From Fimbriimonadia bacterium (GTDB lineage Bacteria; Armatimonadota; Fimbriimonadia; Fimbriimonadales; JABRVX01), in assembly GCA_041483895.1 (NCBI GenBank), contig JBGPGO010000003.1, forward strand, positions 1-64,000: 64,000 nt of DNA. The letters are read 5' to 3'. The notes below the pieces were generated by a model. It made no database searches, had not been told where the DNA came from, and saw only the letters and a list, made by a program, of their open reading frames with translations. How positions within the stretch are numbered: position 1 is the first letter of the stretch; every line of letters starts with the position of its first letter. Positions 1 to 12,394 of the stretch are shown here, piece by piece. A program made the position numbers and the translations under genes.

Positions 1-128
1 CCGTCGAACGGACACCCCCGGCCTCGGGCTCAATCTTTCAACCGGGAACTGACTCCCAGGGATTCCTTCGAGCACAGATCGAGGCCGGGTTCCTAGTGAC
101 TAGATTTCGGGATAAGAATAACACACAA

Positions 129-158
129 GGGATTCCTCGCTTCGCTTCGGAATGACAA
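129..158. repeat. REP-like palindromic element (GGATTCCTCGCTTCGCTTCGGAATGAC)
   Basis: Imperfect palindrome of the GTCATTCCGAGCGAAGCGAGGAATC type, in intergenic DNA. Confidence 0.55.
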
Positions 159-278
159 CGTTGCGTTTATGAGGCGGGGGTCCGTCAGCTTGCGGCGAGC
201 ATGCATGCGGCCCTACAGCCGTGAATCCGATCAATCATCAAGTGACATCGAGAGGGGCGGACGAGTAGACTCCGCAAC

Positions 279-1073
279 ATGAAGCTACCGATGTACCAGG
301 TTGATGCATTTACCGACCGCGTTTTCTCCGGCAATCCCGCCGCCGTCTGTCCGCTAGAGAACTGGCTGCCGGAAGCCACAATGCGGGCGATTGCGATGGA
401 AAACAATCTGGCCGAGACCGCATTCTTTGTCCGCCGCACCAATGGGGAATTCGATTTGCGATGGTTCACGCCAGTGTTGGAGATCGACCTGTGCGGGCAT
501 GCGACGCTGGCATCGGCTTTCGTAGTGGTCAATTTCTTGGATCCCTCGGCGCAAACGATGACGTTCCACACGAAGAGCGGCCCTTTAACAGTGGCGCGGC
601 GTGGGGACCTTTTCGAGATGGATTTCCCGTCGCGGCCCGGGGAGCGGGTGCCACCGATGCCCGGGCTATCGGAGGCGCTCGGTGCGGAGCCTTCCGAGAT
701 GTACGCTGCCCGTGACTATCTCGCCGTCTATTCGACCGAAAAGGATATCTGCGCCTTGGACCCCGACTTTGGCTTGCTATCGAAGATCGATCGGAAGGTG
801 ATCGTTACCGCGCCGGGGGATGAGGTGGATTTCGTCTCGCGCTTTTTTGCCCCGACCGCGGGAGTGCCGGAAGACCCCGTCACCGGCTCATCGCATTGCA
901 CGCTGATCCCCTATTGGTCGGCGAGACTGGGCAAAACCTCTCTGCATGCGAGACAGGTTTCCAAACGCGGCGGAGAGTTGCTTTGCGAGTACGTGGGCCA
1001 ACGCGTGAAGATTGCGGGCAAGGCCGTGCTCTATCTGCAGGGCGAGCTAGTTATCCCGTCTTCAGCGCAATAA
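279..1073 (+). CDS. PhzF-family (DAP epimerase-like) isomerase
   Basis: VDAFT..FSGNPAAV, AETAF, LRWFTP..EIDLCGHATLA and EDPVTGS motifs. Confidence 0.92.
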   Translation: MKLPMYQVDAFTDRVFSGNPAAVCPLENWLPEATMRAIAMENNLAETAFFVRRTNGEFDLRWFTPVLEIDLCGHATLASAFVVVNFLDPSAQTMTFHTKSGPLTVARRGDLFEMDFPSRPGERVPPMPGLSEALGAEPSEMYAARDYLAVYSTEKDICALDPDFGLLSKIDRKVIVTAPGDEVDFVSRFFAPTAGVPEDPVTGSSHCTLIPYWSARLGKTSLHARQVSKRGGELLCEYVGQRVKIAGKAVLYLQGELVIPSSAQ

Positions 1074-1845
1074 CATACTTCCCAACAAAGCCCGGGCCGT
1101 TCGGATTCTCACGCACAGCGATCGTCAAATGCGCACCGGCCATGGTACCGTCAACCTGCCGCGCCATGTAGATGCCGTCGCGATTGTTCCGTGTGTTCCG
1201 CTTGCCGCGATCGTTATATGGCGCGTTGGCAAACACCTGATCCGTCACGGCTTCATCAAAAAAGAACTGCGACGTAAACTCGCGTGTTTTCTTCCCGGCG
1301 CTATCATATTTGCGCAACTTAAAATGTATATGCGGCGTGCGGCCGGGGTACCAGCCGGGATAGATGGTTTTGAAGTTCGCGACGCCCTTGGAATCCGTGA
1401 CCTGATAGCCGCGCAGCCAGGTCTGGCCCTTGGTGTTTTCGCCGCTGGCCTGGTCCGGCTCATCAGAGTATACGCCCTTCGCATCCGAGTGCCACAGATC
1501 GACGTGAGCACCCTCCAACAAGGAGTGCTTGTCACCGTTCAATTCATACACTTCTATGCGCAAGGCGAGGGGCGTCCCACCGACGACCGAAGCGCGTGTC
1601 GTATCCGCCGTCAGGTCGGAACGGTTGAGCTTTTCGTCCACAAAAAATGGTCCTTCTTCCAGCGCCGGGCTGGCCACCAGGTGCACATCGGGCTTCTTGG
1701 GTTCCTGCGCCGTGCCCGCGTTGACTAACACGGAGCCGATGACGAGGCCAAGTCCCGCCTTGCCAGCTGCCTCTATCGCTTCCCGCCGAGTGTAAATCTG
1801 TCCAATTGTCTTGTCGTCGCTGTCCATATCTAACCCCTTTGTCAT
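1051..1845 (-). CDS. Intradiol ring-cleavage dioxygenase-like protein with Tat-like signal
   Basis: TRREAI N-terminus; EGPFF, VDLWHSDAKGVYS, LRGYQVTD, TIYPGWYPGRTPHIHFK. Confidence 0.88.
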   Translation of the reverse strand: MTKGLDMDSDDKTIGQIYTRREAIEAAGKAGLGLVIGSVLVNAGTAQEPKKPDVHLVASPALEEGPFFVDEKLNRSDLTADTTRASVVGGTPLALRIEVYELNGDKHSLLEGAHVDLWHSDAKGVYSDEPDQASGENTKGQTWLRGYQVTDSKGVANFKTIYPGWYPGRTPHIHFKLRKYDSAGKKTREFTSQFFFDEAVTDQVFANAPYNDRGKRNTRNNRDGIYMARQVDGTMAGAHLTIAVRENPNGPGFVGKYVIALKTG

Positions 1846-1985
1846 ATTGTATTGTCCATACGGTGTTTCAATCGGTCATGTTACCAACAGATTTTACTTC
1901 GAAAACTCCTCGGTAGACGCGGGCCGTCATGCCGAACGCTATCAATCGTCAACATGGTAGGCCCGCGTAACGTGCCGACCACCCA

Positions 1986-2435
1986 TTACTCCGGCCAATC
2001 GTCATCACGCAAAACCACTTCCGCCTGCGCCTCGAACGCATACTCCACATCGCATTCTTCGGGGTCCTTCGCGAGTTCGTCGAATGATTTGCGAAGTGCC
2101 TTTTCATGCTCCAATCGCGCCGCGTAGTTGAACGCGAGGAAGTAGTTGATCATGCCCTGCTCGCTGCCGCCGTACTCGCCGAAGCCATAGAACTGATCGA
2201 CCAGGACTTCGTAGAGACGGCACAGCTCTTTGAGACGCGGTCCGCGGTTTTTCGGATCGCTCTTAGTGAGCGTCAGCAGCTCGAGGGCTCGCTCGCCGGC
2301 CAGCCGTGCATACTCGGCGTTGCCCTTGTCCCGCCACTTGTAGAACCGGATCACCTCGCTACCCACATTGGCGATTTGTTCGAGAATACTGAACTCAAGC
2401 CACCGCCCTGCTGCTGCTTCCTTGTGTTGAATCAT
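1986..2435 (-). CDS. Conserved helical hypothetical protein (DUF5674-associated) with acidic C-terminal tail
   Basis: EQIANVGSEV..ERALEL..RLKELCRLYE pattern; overlaps the upstream gene (ATGA coupling). Confidence 0.7.
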   Translation of the reverse strand: MIQHKEAAAGRWLEFSILEQIANVGSEVIRFYKWRDKGNAEYARLAGERALELLTLTKSDPKNRGPRLKELCRLYEVLVDQFYGFGEYGGSEQGMINYFLAFNYAARLEHEKALRKSFDELAKDPEECDVEYAFEAQAEVVLRDDDWPE

Positions 2436-2776
2436 TCGACCAAAGTCCCAACGACAGAACGTATTCTTGCTCGAATGCCGGCATCCTCAACTCCTCGCGT
2501 GCGGTTGTTTTGAGCCGGTCGAATGTTAATCATCGAGTCAAATTCAATCCAATCTTCGCTTGGGATGTCGGGGTATAGGTTTATGCCCCAAAGGTCGTCC
2601 TGTCTCGAGTCTTCTTGGAGCAAGAGCGTCTCCTGATCCGCGTGGAATTCGGCGTCGATTACCATGATCTCCCGTTGGATATCGACAACCGCCTTTACCA
2701 TGCTGCCGAACATTCGATCAGACATGGACGTCAGCTCGGCGCGAGTGATTTTGTCATTCTTGGTGATCATTTGCAT
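2432..2776 (-). CDS. DUF5674-family protein
   Basis: VKAVVDI..HADQE..LL..S.Q.DLWGINLYP..IEFDSMINIRP. Confidence 0.8.
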   Translation of the reverse strand: MQMITKNDKITRAELTSMSDRMFGSMVKAVVDIQREIMVIDAEFHADQETLLLQEDSRQDDLWGINLYPDIPSEDWIEFDSMINIRPAQNNRTRGVEDAGIRARIRSVVGTLVE

Positions 2777-2781
2777 GAGGT

Positions 2782-2979
2782 TTATGAGTCTATCACTTCA
2801 TCTTTGAGCCGGATTACACTGGGCCGTTCGTCCTCGCCAAAAGGGCACCTGACCGCGTCGCGGACCATGAACTTCAGGTTTTCTAAATTGTCCGCTTCGG
2901 TGAAGATGCTGTGGCCGAGGGCCTGGGCGGTATAGCCGCCTTCGGGGGCTTCTTCTACAACAAAGATGATTTCGCTCAT
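2782..2979 (-). CDS. Small HicB-like (RNase H-fold antitoxin-type) protein
   Basis: EIIFVVEEAPEGGYTAQALGHSIFTEAD..L..MVRDAVRC.F. Confidence 0.7.
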   Translation of the reverse strand: MSEIIFVVEEAPEGGYTAQALGHSIFTEADNLENLKFMVRDAVRCPFGEDERPSVIRLKDEVIDS

Positions 2980-3030
2980 GTTGAATTAGCCTACCATGAA
3001 AACTATTTATTGCGGCGGTGGAATGGCAAC

Positions 3031-3054
3031 GGCCCCGATCGAGAGACCGGGGCC
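3031..3054 (-). terminator. GC-rich hairpin downstream of 5S rRNA
   Basis: GGCCCCGGTC-TCTC-GATCGGGGCC stem on minus strand; no clear U tract. Confidence 0.45.
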
Positions 3055-3070
3055 AAGTGTAACTATTAAT

Positions 3071-3187
3071 TCGGGCGGCGTGCTATCCTCCCAGACAGTT
3101 GCCCGCCAAGTACTTTCGCCGCTGAGGGACTTAACTACCGTGTTCGGGATGGGAACGGGTGTTTCCCCCTCGCCATGGCCACCCGAA
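3071..3187 (-). rRNA. rrf: 5S rRNA
   Basis: Reverse complement has GAAACACCCGTTCCCATCCCGAACACGGTAGTTAAG and self-complementary ends. Confidence 0.95.
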
Positions 3188-3379
3188 TTTCTTGTCCTCC
3201 CGGCCATCCGGGAGAGAAATTCTTCTGACCCTTCACAGTACGACTGTGAAGGGATATCTTCTTCCCCCTCAACAATATGATTGTTGAGGGATGGACTTCC
3301 CTGAGAGCGCGGGAAGTGCGCTGAAAGTTGCATAGCTTTGAAGTAGGGTTCCAAGATCTTCGATAATTGCATTTTATCT

Positions 3380-6275
<2,896 letters not shown>

Positions 6276-6305
6276 AGAATACTTAGAGAAGATTTGGTTC
6301 CCAAA

Positions 6306-6341
6306 CTACTTCACTATGCAACTGTCAACGTACTTTCCCGC
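6306..6341 (-). other. 5' arm of 23S precursor processing stem (pairs with 3309-3346)
   Basis: GCGGGAAAGT..GTTGCATAGTGAAGTAG is complementary to CTACTTCA..CTATGCAAC..ACTTCCCGC downstream of 23S. Confidence 0.8.
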
Positions 6342-6389
6342 ATCTTTCAGCGACACCATCGCCCCACATGGGATTGACGGCGGAGGGAG

Positions 6390-6418
6390 ATCATACCCCG
6401 TCCCAAAAGCTGAGTCAA
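6390..6418 (-). promoter_or_regulatory. sigma70 promoter of the 23S-5S unit
   Basis: TTGACT-17 nt-TATGAT about 115 nt upstream of 23S. Confidence 0.85.
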
Positions 6419-6545
6419 CGATCCTAACCAAGATTCTAGGACTTTTTTTCTCGCCGGCAAATCGGTCGCCTCGTTCTTCTGTAACGCTTCAACAATGTGA
6501 GGCCGCGTATCTCTTCACACCCGCACTGTGAAGGTCCTCCGAACT

Positions 6546-6788
6546 GTAGCCGCAGGTTCTCGTTCTGATGCCCTGTCCAAATCGCCGCGAACATAACCTG
6601 CGTTTAACCTTCCGATGGGTAGCCGCAGGTTCTCGTTCTGATGTCCGGACCAAATCGCCGCGAACAAAACCTGCGCGTGACCACGGTGGAAATGGCAAAA
6701 CGGTTGGATATGGCAATTCCAGCCCTCGTCGCGCGGATTTTGGCGGTGGCGATTCTAAAAGGAAGTCAGAACGAGAATCCGCGGCTAC
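6546..6788. repeat. GTAG-type REP cluster: two direct ~57-bp copies (6546-6602, 6619-6675) plus an inverted copy (6766-6788)
   Basis: GTAGCCGCAGGTTCTCGTTCTGA...AACCTGCG twice; TCAGAACGAGAATCCGCGGCTAC inverted. Confidence 0.8.
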
Positions 6789-6799
6789 CAGCGCCTCCC

Positions 6800-6940
6800 G
6801 ATGTGTCGGGGTTCACTATTACCACAAACGCCGAAAATGCCAGCAACCCAGTCCCCGACATGGGAAAAGCAACCCCTGATGTGTCGGGGTTCACGTCTGG
6901 GACCAGCGCTGGAAATGCCGCAACCTCAGACCCCGACACG
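6800..6940. repeat. Palindromic GTGTCGGGGT...CCCCGACA repeat, two tandem units
   Basis: GATGTGTCGGGGTTCAC at 6800 and 6878, each followed by CCCCGACA. Confidence 0.75.
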
Positions 6941-7164
6941 GCGAGGTACAACCTCGGCATGAGCCTGCCGTCCTACTTGCCTACGGCCTGGAGTTGACCC
7001 CGAGAGCGCTGTCCAATATCGTCCTCGCCGTGCCGTGCATCGCCTGGATGATGCTCATGCACGACGTCTACCACCTCGAACACGCGACGTTGTTTCTTTG
7101 ACTGATCGGACGGATTGGACCGATCCATTAGCAATAGGGATTGTGAATGGAGAACTTCCTCCCT

Positions 7165-8142
7165 TCACACAGCGCCGCGGTAGTTCTTGACCAACTCCCG
7201 ATCCGGGATCGTCGTATTGCTCTTCCGGCCCATAAAATAGAACCCCGCCGCGGCATCGAGACCCCCGGGCTTGTCGATCAGCAAGGCGTCGAAGTACTTC
7301 CACCAGAAGGCCGTCAAACGGACCGTGACTCGGATCATCTGTCTCGCCCGACGATTGGTCGTGAAGCTGAGAAGGAAGTGCTGCCAGGACCAAGCCAGCG
7401 CCATACCCGGCCCGCACACCGCCCCGCTCGCGAGCTCCGTGAACCGGCGAAAGAGCCGCCGGTGTCCCATCTCGGTAAACCGTGTGAAATCGAATTCCGC
7501 CCCGTGAACCTGTTGCATGAACGCCGTCTCCGCGTAAACGATGCCGTCGGCGCGAAGCACCCTGTGGAACTCTTCCGCGCACCGATGCGGGTCGGCCACA
7601 TGCTCGAGTACTCCTTGGACGATGATCCCGTTGAGCGACTCATCCTCGAAGGGCAGATCGTGGCCATCGCAAATGATTTGGGTTCTTGGACCAAAGGCCA
7701 CGTCGGATTCGATGAATTCGATTTCCGGATTGCCGATGATTTCCTGCATCCCCGCGCCCAGGATGCCGCCTCCCACCACTAAGACCTTCGCCTTGCCGCC
7801 TTTTGTGACAAGGTCGGCAAATTTTCGATAGTTTTCTTTCGTGTGGTGGTTGCTGCCGATATCCGGCAGGATGCGATCGATCAGTTCCTTGGCCTTAGAG
7901 CGCGGGCGGAAGTAGGTCGCGCCGTGGCCCTCATAGTCCGCGATCGAAAACACGCTGTTCTGTTCATTGATCAGGATTGGGATGCCGTCTTCAATCGGAT
8001 ACCGGCCGCCGCACGAGCATTCGAGATACCCGCCGACGCGGGTCAGCTTGCCCTTGCATTTGGGACATCGGAGTATGTCGAGGATGCTAATTGAAACGGA
8101 CAGATCGGACCGATCGGAAGGGGATGTTTCGTTCACCGCCAT
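7165..8142 (-). CDS. Class I SAM-dependent methyltransferase with N-terminal Trm112-like Zn-knuckle
   Basis: LRCPKCKG.L..C.CG.RYPIEDGIPIL; VLVVGGG, CDGHDLPFED, VLEHVADP..EFHRVLRADG. Confidence 0.88.
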   Translation of the reverse strand: MAVNETSPSDRSDLSVSISILDILRCPKCKGKLTRVGGYLECSCGGRYPIEDGIPILINEQNSVFSIADYEGHGATYFRPRSKAKELIDRILPDIGSNHHTKENYRKFADLVTKGGKAKVLVVGGGILGAGMQEIIGNPEIEFIESDVAFGPRTQIICDGHDLPFEDESLNGIIVQGVLEHVADPHRCAEEFHRVLRADGIVYAETAFMQQVHGAEFDFTRFTEMGHRRLFRRFTELASGAVCGPGMALAWSWQHFLLSFTTNRRARQMIRVTVRLTAFWWKYFDALLIDKPGGLDAAAGFYFMGRKSNTTIPDRELVKNYRGAV

Positions 8143-8177
8143 GCCGATACCTTACCATGACCCAGGAGCACCGGAGG

Positions 8178-9179
8178 CTATTCCCCCTCAAAAACCGGTT
8201 CCGGTCCATGCGGATGGAAGCTGGGCGCGCCGACCTCGATGTCGTTGATCGCCACGTCCGCATAGCCCCGAAGCTGCGGATGCGAGTCCTCTGACGCCGA
8301 CCATCGAAGAGCGGAAAGAATCTCGTCTCGCCGGTCCGGCAGCCATTCGGCAATATGGATCAGACCATGAATCGATGAGCGGCGTCCAATCGGCGACGGC
8401 GCGGATTTCAAGACTCGCACCAGAATCTGTAGCGCCCGTTCGTCCGCGATGTGATCCCCCAACACGTCGCCGCACTTATAACAGGTCCGCGCGAAGTCGT
8501 CCTCGCAATCCCACAAAAACCGCTCCAAAACCATGAGCGCCTCCAACCGCTCGGTGTCGGGAGGGAAGTAGGAGGGCAGGTCCTCGAACAGGTCCAATAC
8601 GCACCACTGTGCCTGCCTCCGCAACGGCAGCCCCCGATCCTTCATGATCTCCAGCAGCGCCGGTCCCCAATAGCCCCGACGCGCCCGTCGGTCGATGATG
8701 CCTGCCGTCTCGTTCGCGACATCCCGGTCCGAGCCATAGAGCAGCCGCAGATGGTCGATGGCGGACAACTTGGGCAGCGGAGTCTCGACGCGGCCATCAA
8801 TCCCCAGCGCCGCCCCGATGGCTCGCTGCCTGTCCCACAGTGGCTCGCATTCGTTTCGAAGCCGTGCCAACATACCGTCCCGAGTCGCCGCCCGCGCCTC
8901 AGCCCAGAAATGTTCGCAGCGGCCGAACACGCCGTATTCCGTATCGGCCACCAACACCGGGTACTTGGCGCCGTCCACGTCCATCACCGCGGAACCGGTC
9001 CATGCGGAATGAGGGATGTGGTATTTCGCGCTGACCGGCGGTTTCGGCCATTCGAAGTGGATGCGGTTGGGTGGTTTGACGGCGGGTTGAGGGCCGCCGT
9101 TGCGCGCGACTTCGCGTTCCACGAATTCGCGGAATTGGGCGAGCAGTTCCGATGCGGTGGGGTTTGGTTCCGGCTCCAC
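8178..9179 (-). CDS. Hypothetical protein, helical (HEAT-like) C-terminal half
   Basis: 333-aa ORF with typical codon usage, upstream of the methyltransferase on the same strand. Confidence 0.7.
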   Translation of the reverse strand: MEPEPNPTASELLAQFREFVEREVARNGGPQPAVKPPNRIHFEWPKPPVSAKYHIPHSAWTGSAVMDVDGAKYPVLVADTEYGVFGRCEHFWAEARAATRDGMLARLRNECEPLWDRQRAIGAALGIDGRVETPLPKLSAIDHLRLLYGSDRDVANETAGIIDRRARRGYWGPALLEIMKDRGLPLRRQAQWCVLDLFEDLPSYFPPDTERLEALMVLERFLWDCEDDFARTCYKCGDVLGDHIADERALQILVRVLKSAPSPIGRRSSIHGLIHIAEWLPDRRDEILSALRWSASEDSHPQLRGYADVAINDIEVGAPSFHPHGPEPVFEGE

Positions 9180-9198
9180 GCCAAGATCGTACCCTGTG

Positions 9199-9235
9199 CC
9201 CCCACCCTAACCCTCTCCCGCAAGCGGGGAAGAAG
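9199..9235. repeat. CCCCACCCTAACCCTCTCCCGCAAGCGGG-type palindromic element (partial)
   Basis: Matches a familiar intergenic hairpin family (CCC-GCAAG-CGGG). Confidence 0.6.
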
Positions 9236-9260
9236 ATTGTGCAAGGAACGAGGCTAGCTC

Positions 9261-9318
9261 GTGTTGGGGTCTTTGGGGTCCGCATGTGCCAGCGTTTTCT
9301 CACCGAGGACCCCAACAC
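9261..9318. repeat. GTGTTGGGGTC...GACCCCAACAC inverted repeat
   Basis: Perfect 11-bp inverted arms; same family as 6800 and 21375. Confidence 0.75.
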
Positions 9319-9693
9319 ATCGCGGGAACCCCCACTCTAACCCTCGAGGTGGTCGGCAAGATACGCAGGCCTTGGTGGGGCACATGCGCAGGGTTGCGGC
9401 AAGACGGCCCGCGTCTCCGGCGACCAAAAATGCAACCACGAAACCAATTCAAACATCCAAATGCAATGAGCGGAGGATTGCTCCTCCGCCCATTGCGTAA
9501 TTAGCGTCCCAGCCGGACACGGAATTGAGGGGTAGCGTCCAGCTATCGTCGCGTATCCGAAGGTGATTCTAAGCCTATTTTTGCTTGCTCGCAACCGCCA
9601 AATGTGCGAGGTTGCTCGCTCGACTGGCAACTCTACGTGCGATATTAGAGGTAATACTAGCCGTAATCCAGTACAGAAAACCGAGGTATTGAA

Positions 9694-11133
9694 TTGAAAT
9701 CAAGGTTGCGCCTTGTGCTTTTGCTCGTTTTTTCCTTGGCCGCTTCGCTGGTCGTCGCCGATCGCGGCAATGACATCCTTGAAAAGTTTCGAAAAGAGCA
9801 GTGGAAAGAGGCCTATGCAATCGCCAAAGAGGTTGCAAAAGACCCGAGCGCGACAGGCAGGGAATTGGGACTTTCGGGCTATGTGGCCTACCGGGCCGGC
9901 GATACTAAGCTGGCGACGGAATTGGCGCATCCAAAGGCCAGCCGTTCGGCAACCGCCTGGGAGCAATTGCTAGGCGCGATGGTCGCTCAACTCGGCAACG
10001 ATAACGGAGCGGCCGAAAAATTAGCAAAGAGCGCCGCGAGGGATCCGGAAGTGAAGAACGACGCGAATGCCTTCTTGCTCGGCATCTACCAGACCTCGGC
10101 TCGATACCAGGACTCGGCGCGGATCGCGAACGAGATATTCGCTGCCAAGCCGACCGGATATCCGTTCGATCGCCTCATGCCGCAGTTGGAAGGGCTGCCA
10201 AAAGTATACGGCCTCATCAAGAAGACTCCCAAGGTTGCTTCCGGTAAGAAGGTGGATATGACGCTGCCGCTCAGTGCCGTCATGCCCTATATCCTCATCA
10301 ACGCATCGGTCAACGGCAATCCGGAAGGGAAGTTCATTCTCGACACCGGCGGCTCCATCCATCCGTCCCTGGCGCCCATTGCGGCCAAGGAGCTAAAGGT
10401 TGACACCATCGCCAGCACGAGCGCCTTCGGTTTCGGCGGATTGGAGAAGATCGATGTCGGCAAGATTGACAGCTTGAAAATTGGTGACGTCACGATCGGC
10501 CCCCAGCCGGTCGCCATGATCGGGATGCTGGACACGCTCAAGCAGTTCATGAAGGTGGACGGAGTGCTTGATACGCGCTGGCTTCTTGCCTATGCCGCGC
10601 AGGTGGATATCGAGCACAAATCCCTTCATGTGACCGAAACCCGTCCGTTCACTCTAAAGGCCGGCAAGTCTCAGACATTGGACAACGGCGACGTGCTCGT
10701 TGCGCAGCCGTTCACCTTGATTGGCGACTCCAAGGTGATCCTCCCTATCAAGATCAACGGTGAGGACTGTTGGGCCATGTTCGATACAGGCGCGCCGATC
10801 CACATGTTTTCTTTCGACTGGATTAAGGAAACTGTGCCGGCCGCGGAGTACAAAATAGGCCGGTCGATGGCAGGTGGAGTGGGCAACACCGCAAAAGCAC
10901 CAAAGAGCATCCGATCGCAACGGCCTCTCACCCTCACGCTCGCCGGCCACGACATCACCATCGATCGGCCCGAAGGGCAGGACAGCCTGGATGACCAGGT
11001 ATCGGCGGGGATCGGCCTGCAGTTCCGCGCTCTGCTCGGCATGGCTCTGTTCAAGAACGCCCGGTCGTTTACGATTGATGGACCGGCGCGGACGCTGTAC
11101 ATCGTGTATAAGAGTGCGGAGGCGGCGAAATAG
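9694..11133 (+). CDS. Secreted TPR-like + tandem retropepsin-like aspartyl protease
   Basis: Signal peptide; two catalytic motifs FILDTGG and AMFDTGA. Confidence 0.85.
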   Translation: MKSRLRLVLLLVFSLAASLVVADRGNDILEKFRKEQWKEAYAIAKEVAKDPSATGRELGLSGYVAYRAGDTKLATELAHPKASRSATAWEQLLGAMVAQLGNDNGAAEKLAKSAARDPEVKNDANAFLLGIYQTSARYQDSARIANEIFAAKPTGYPFDRLMPQLEGLPKVYGLIKKTPKVASGKKVDMTLPLSAVMPYILINASVNGNPEGKFILDTGGSIHPSLAPIAAKELKVDTIASTSAFGFGGLEKIDVGKIDSLKIGDVTIGPQPVAMIGMLDTLKQFMKVDGVLDTRWLLAYAAQVDIEHKSLHVTETRPFTLKAGKSQTLDNGDVLVAQPFTLIGDSKVILPIKINGEDCWAMFDTGAPIHMFSFDWIKETVPAAEYKIGRSMAGGVGNTAKAPKSIRSQRPLTLTLAGHDITIDRPEGQDSLDDQVSAGIGLQFRALLGMALFKNARSFTIDGPARTLYIVYKSAEAAK

Positions 11134-11177
11134 GAAATATAGGACTTATAGGTCGTATAGGTCCTATATGTCCTAAG
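11130..11177. repeat. ATAGGAC/GTCCTAT short palindromic repeat between convergent genes (possible bidirectional terminator)
   Basis: ATAGGAAATATAGGACTTATAGGTCGTATAGGTCCTATATGTCCTA. Confidence 0.6.
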
Positions 11178-11907
11178 CTACACCGACCTCTTTGGCGGTG
11201 GTGACGGGGTCAATGGTGATGCCGGGGCCCATAGTGGAAGAGATCGTGATCGTTCGGAGGAAGCGGCCCTTTGCGCCGGTCGGTTTGGCTTTGACCAACG
11301 CGGTCAACGCAGCCTGAAGGTTTTCTTTCAACTGATCCTCCGTAAACGAAACCTTTCCTATCGGGACATGTATGTTGCCTTCTTTTTCGGTCCGGTACTC
11401 GATTCGCGTCGCGCCGACAATCTCGCGGACGGCGTCTCCGATGTTGTCCGTCACAGTTCCGTTTCGCTTGTTCGGCGTTCGCGGCCCGAGGAGGCGGCCG
11501 ATCTTCCCAATCAGCGGCGCCATGTCGGAGGTCGCCAGCAAAACGTCGAAATCCTTAAATCCGTTGGTGATCTCCTCGATCAGGTCCTCAGCGCCGACCT
11601 TGCTCGCGCCGGCCTTCTCGGCTTCGGAGGCGGCATCGCCGCGCGCCAAAACGGCAACGGTTTTCTTCTTGCCGGTGCCGTGCGGCAGGTTGGTGATGCC
11701 GCGGACGATTTGGTCGGATTTGCGCGGGTCCACGCCCAATCGGACAGCGAGATCCACGGTCTCGTCGAACTTGGCATTCGCCAACGACTTCACCATCGCA
11801 ATGGCGTCCGAAGATGAAAACGTCTGCTCGTCGACCTGCTTCGTCTGCTCGGTAAATCTCTTGCCGTGCAGAGATTTCTTTAGCCTCTTGCGTTCCTGCT
11901 TTATCAT
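11173..11907 (-). CDS. rplA: 50S ribosomal protein L1
   Basis: AKFDETVDLAVRLGVDPRKSDQ.VRG...LPHGTGK, ISSTMGPGI. Confidence 0.97.
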   Translation of the reverse strand: MIKQERKRLKKSLHGKRFTEQTKQVDEQTFSSSDAIAMVKSLANAKFDETVDLAVRLGVDPRKSDQIVRGITNLPHGTGKKKTVAVLARGDAASEAEKAGASKVGAEDLIEEITNGFKDFDVLLATSDMAPLIGKIGRLLGPRTPNKRNGTVTDNIGDAVREIVGATRIEYRTEKEGNIHVPIGKVSFTEDQLKENLQAALTALVKAKPTGAKGRFLRTITISSTMGPGITIDPVTTAKEVGVA

Positions 11908-11908
11908 G

Positions 11909-12361
11909 TCAAGCCTCTTTTTTGGCTATATGAGTGTAGCCTTCGACGTAGATTCCCATGCTGCGAGCGGTGCCGGCCAGCACCCTCATCGCCGCCTCTT
12001 CATCTTCCGCGTTCAAATCGTCCATTTTTACTTTTGCGATGGCGCGAAGCTGATCCGGCGTCAGGGTGGCAACGCGCTCGGTCTTTGGGTTGCCCGCGCC
12101 CTTATCGATGCCCGCCGCCTGCCGCAGCAATGCGGCCGCGAGCGGCTTCTTGATCTTATGGGTATAGGATCGGTCCTCATAGACCGTAATCTCGACCGGC
12201 AGCTTCATTCCCATCTGGGAGGCGCTCTCGTCGTTGAACTTCTTGATGAACTCCATCATGTTGATGCCGTGCGCGCCCAAAACGGGACCGACCGGCGGGG
12301 CGGGGGTCGCTTTGCCCGCAGGGATATGTAACTTTATTACCGCCGTTATCTTCTTAGCCAT
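11909..12361 (-). CDS. rplK: 50S ribosomal protein L11
   Basis: [31 protein letters not shown]; start set at MAKK. Confidence 0.97.
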   Translation of the reverse strand: MAKKITAVIKLHIPAGKATPAPPVGPVLGAHGINMMEFIKKFNDESASQMGMKLPVEITVYEDRSYTHKIKKPLAAALLRQAAGIDKGAGNPKTERVATLTPDQLRAIAKVKMDDLNAEDEEAAMRVLAGTARSMGIYVEGYTHIAKKEA

Positions 12362-12394
12362 CTGCTGCTCACTCCTGCTCAAACGAGCCGTAAA

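Noticed and set aside
6546..6940. Mini-CRISPR, or the protein-coding ORF 6641..6997
   Set aside because: Only two units per family with conserved interiors; the ORF's repeated peptide simply translates the DNA repeat.
6958..7101. Short hydrophobic reading-frame remnant
   Set aside because: No convincing start or recognisable homology; cannot be supported.
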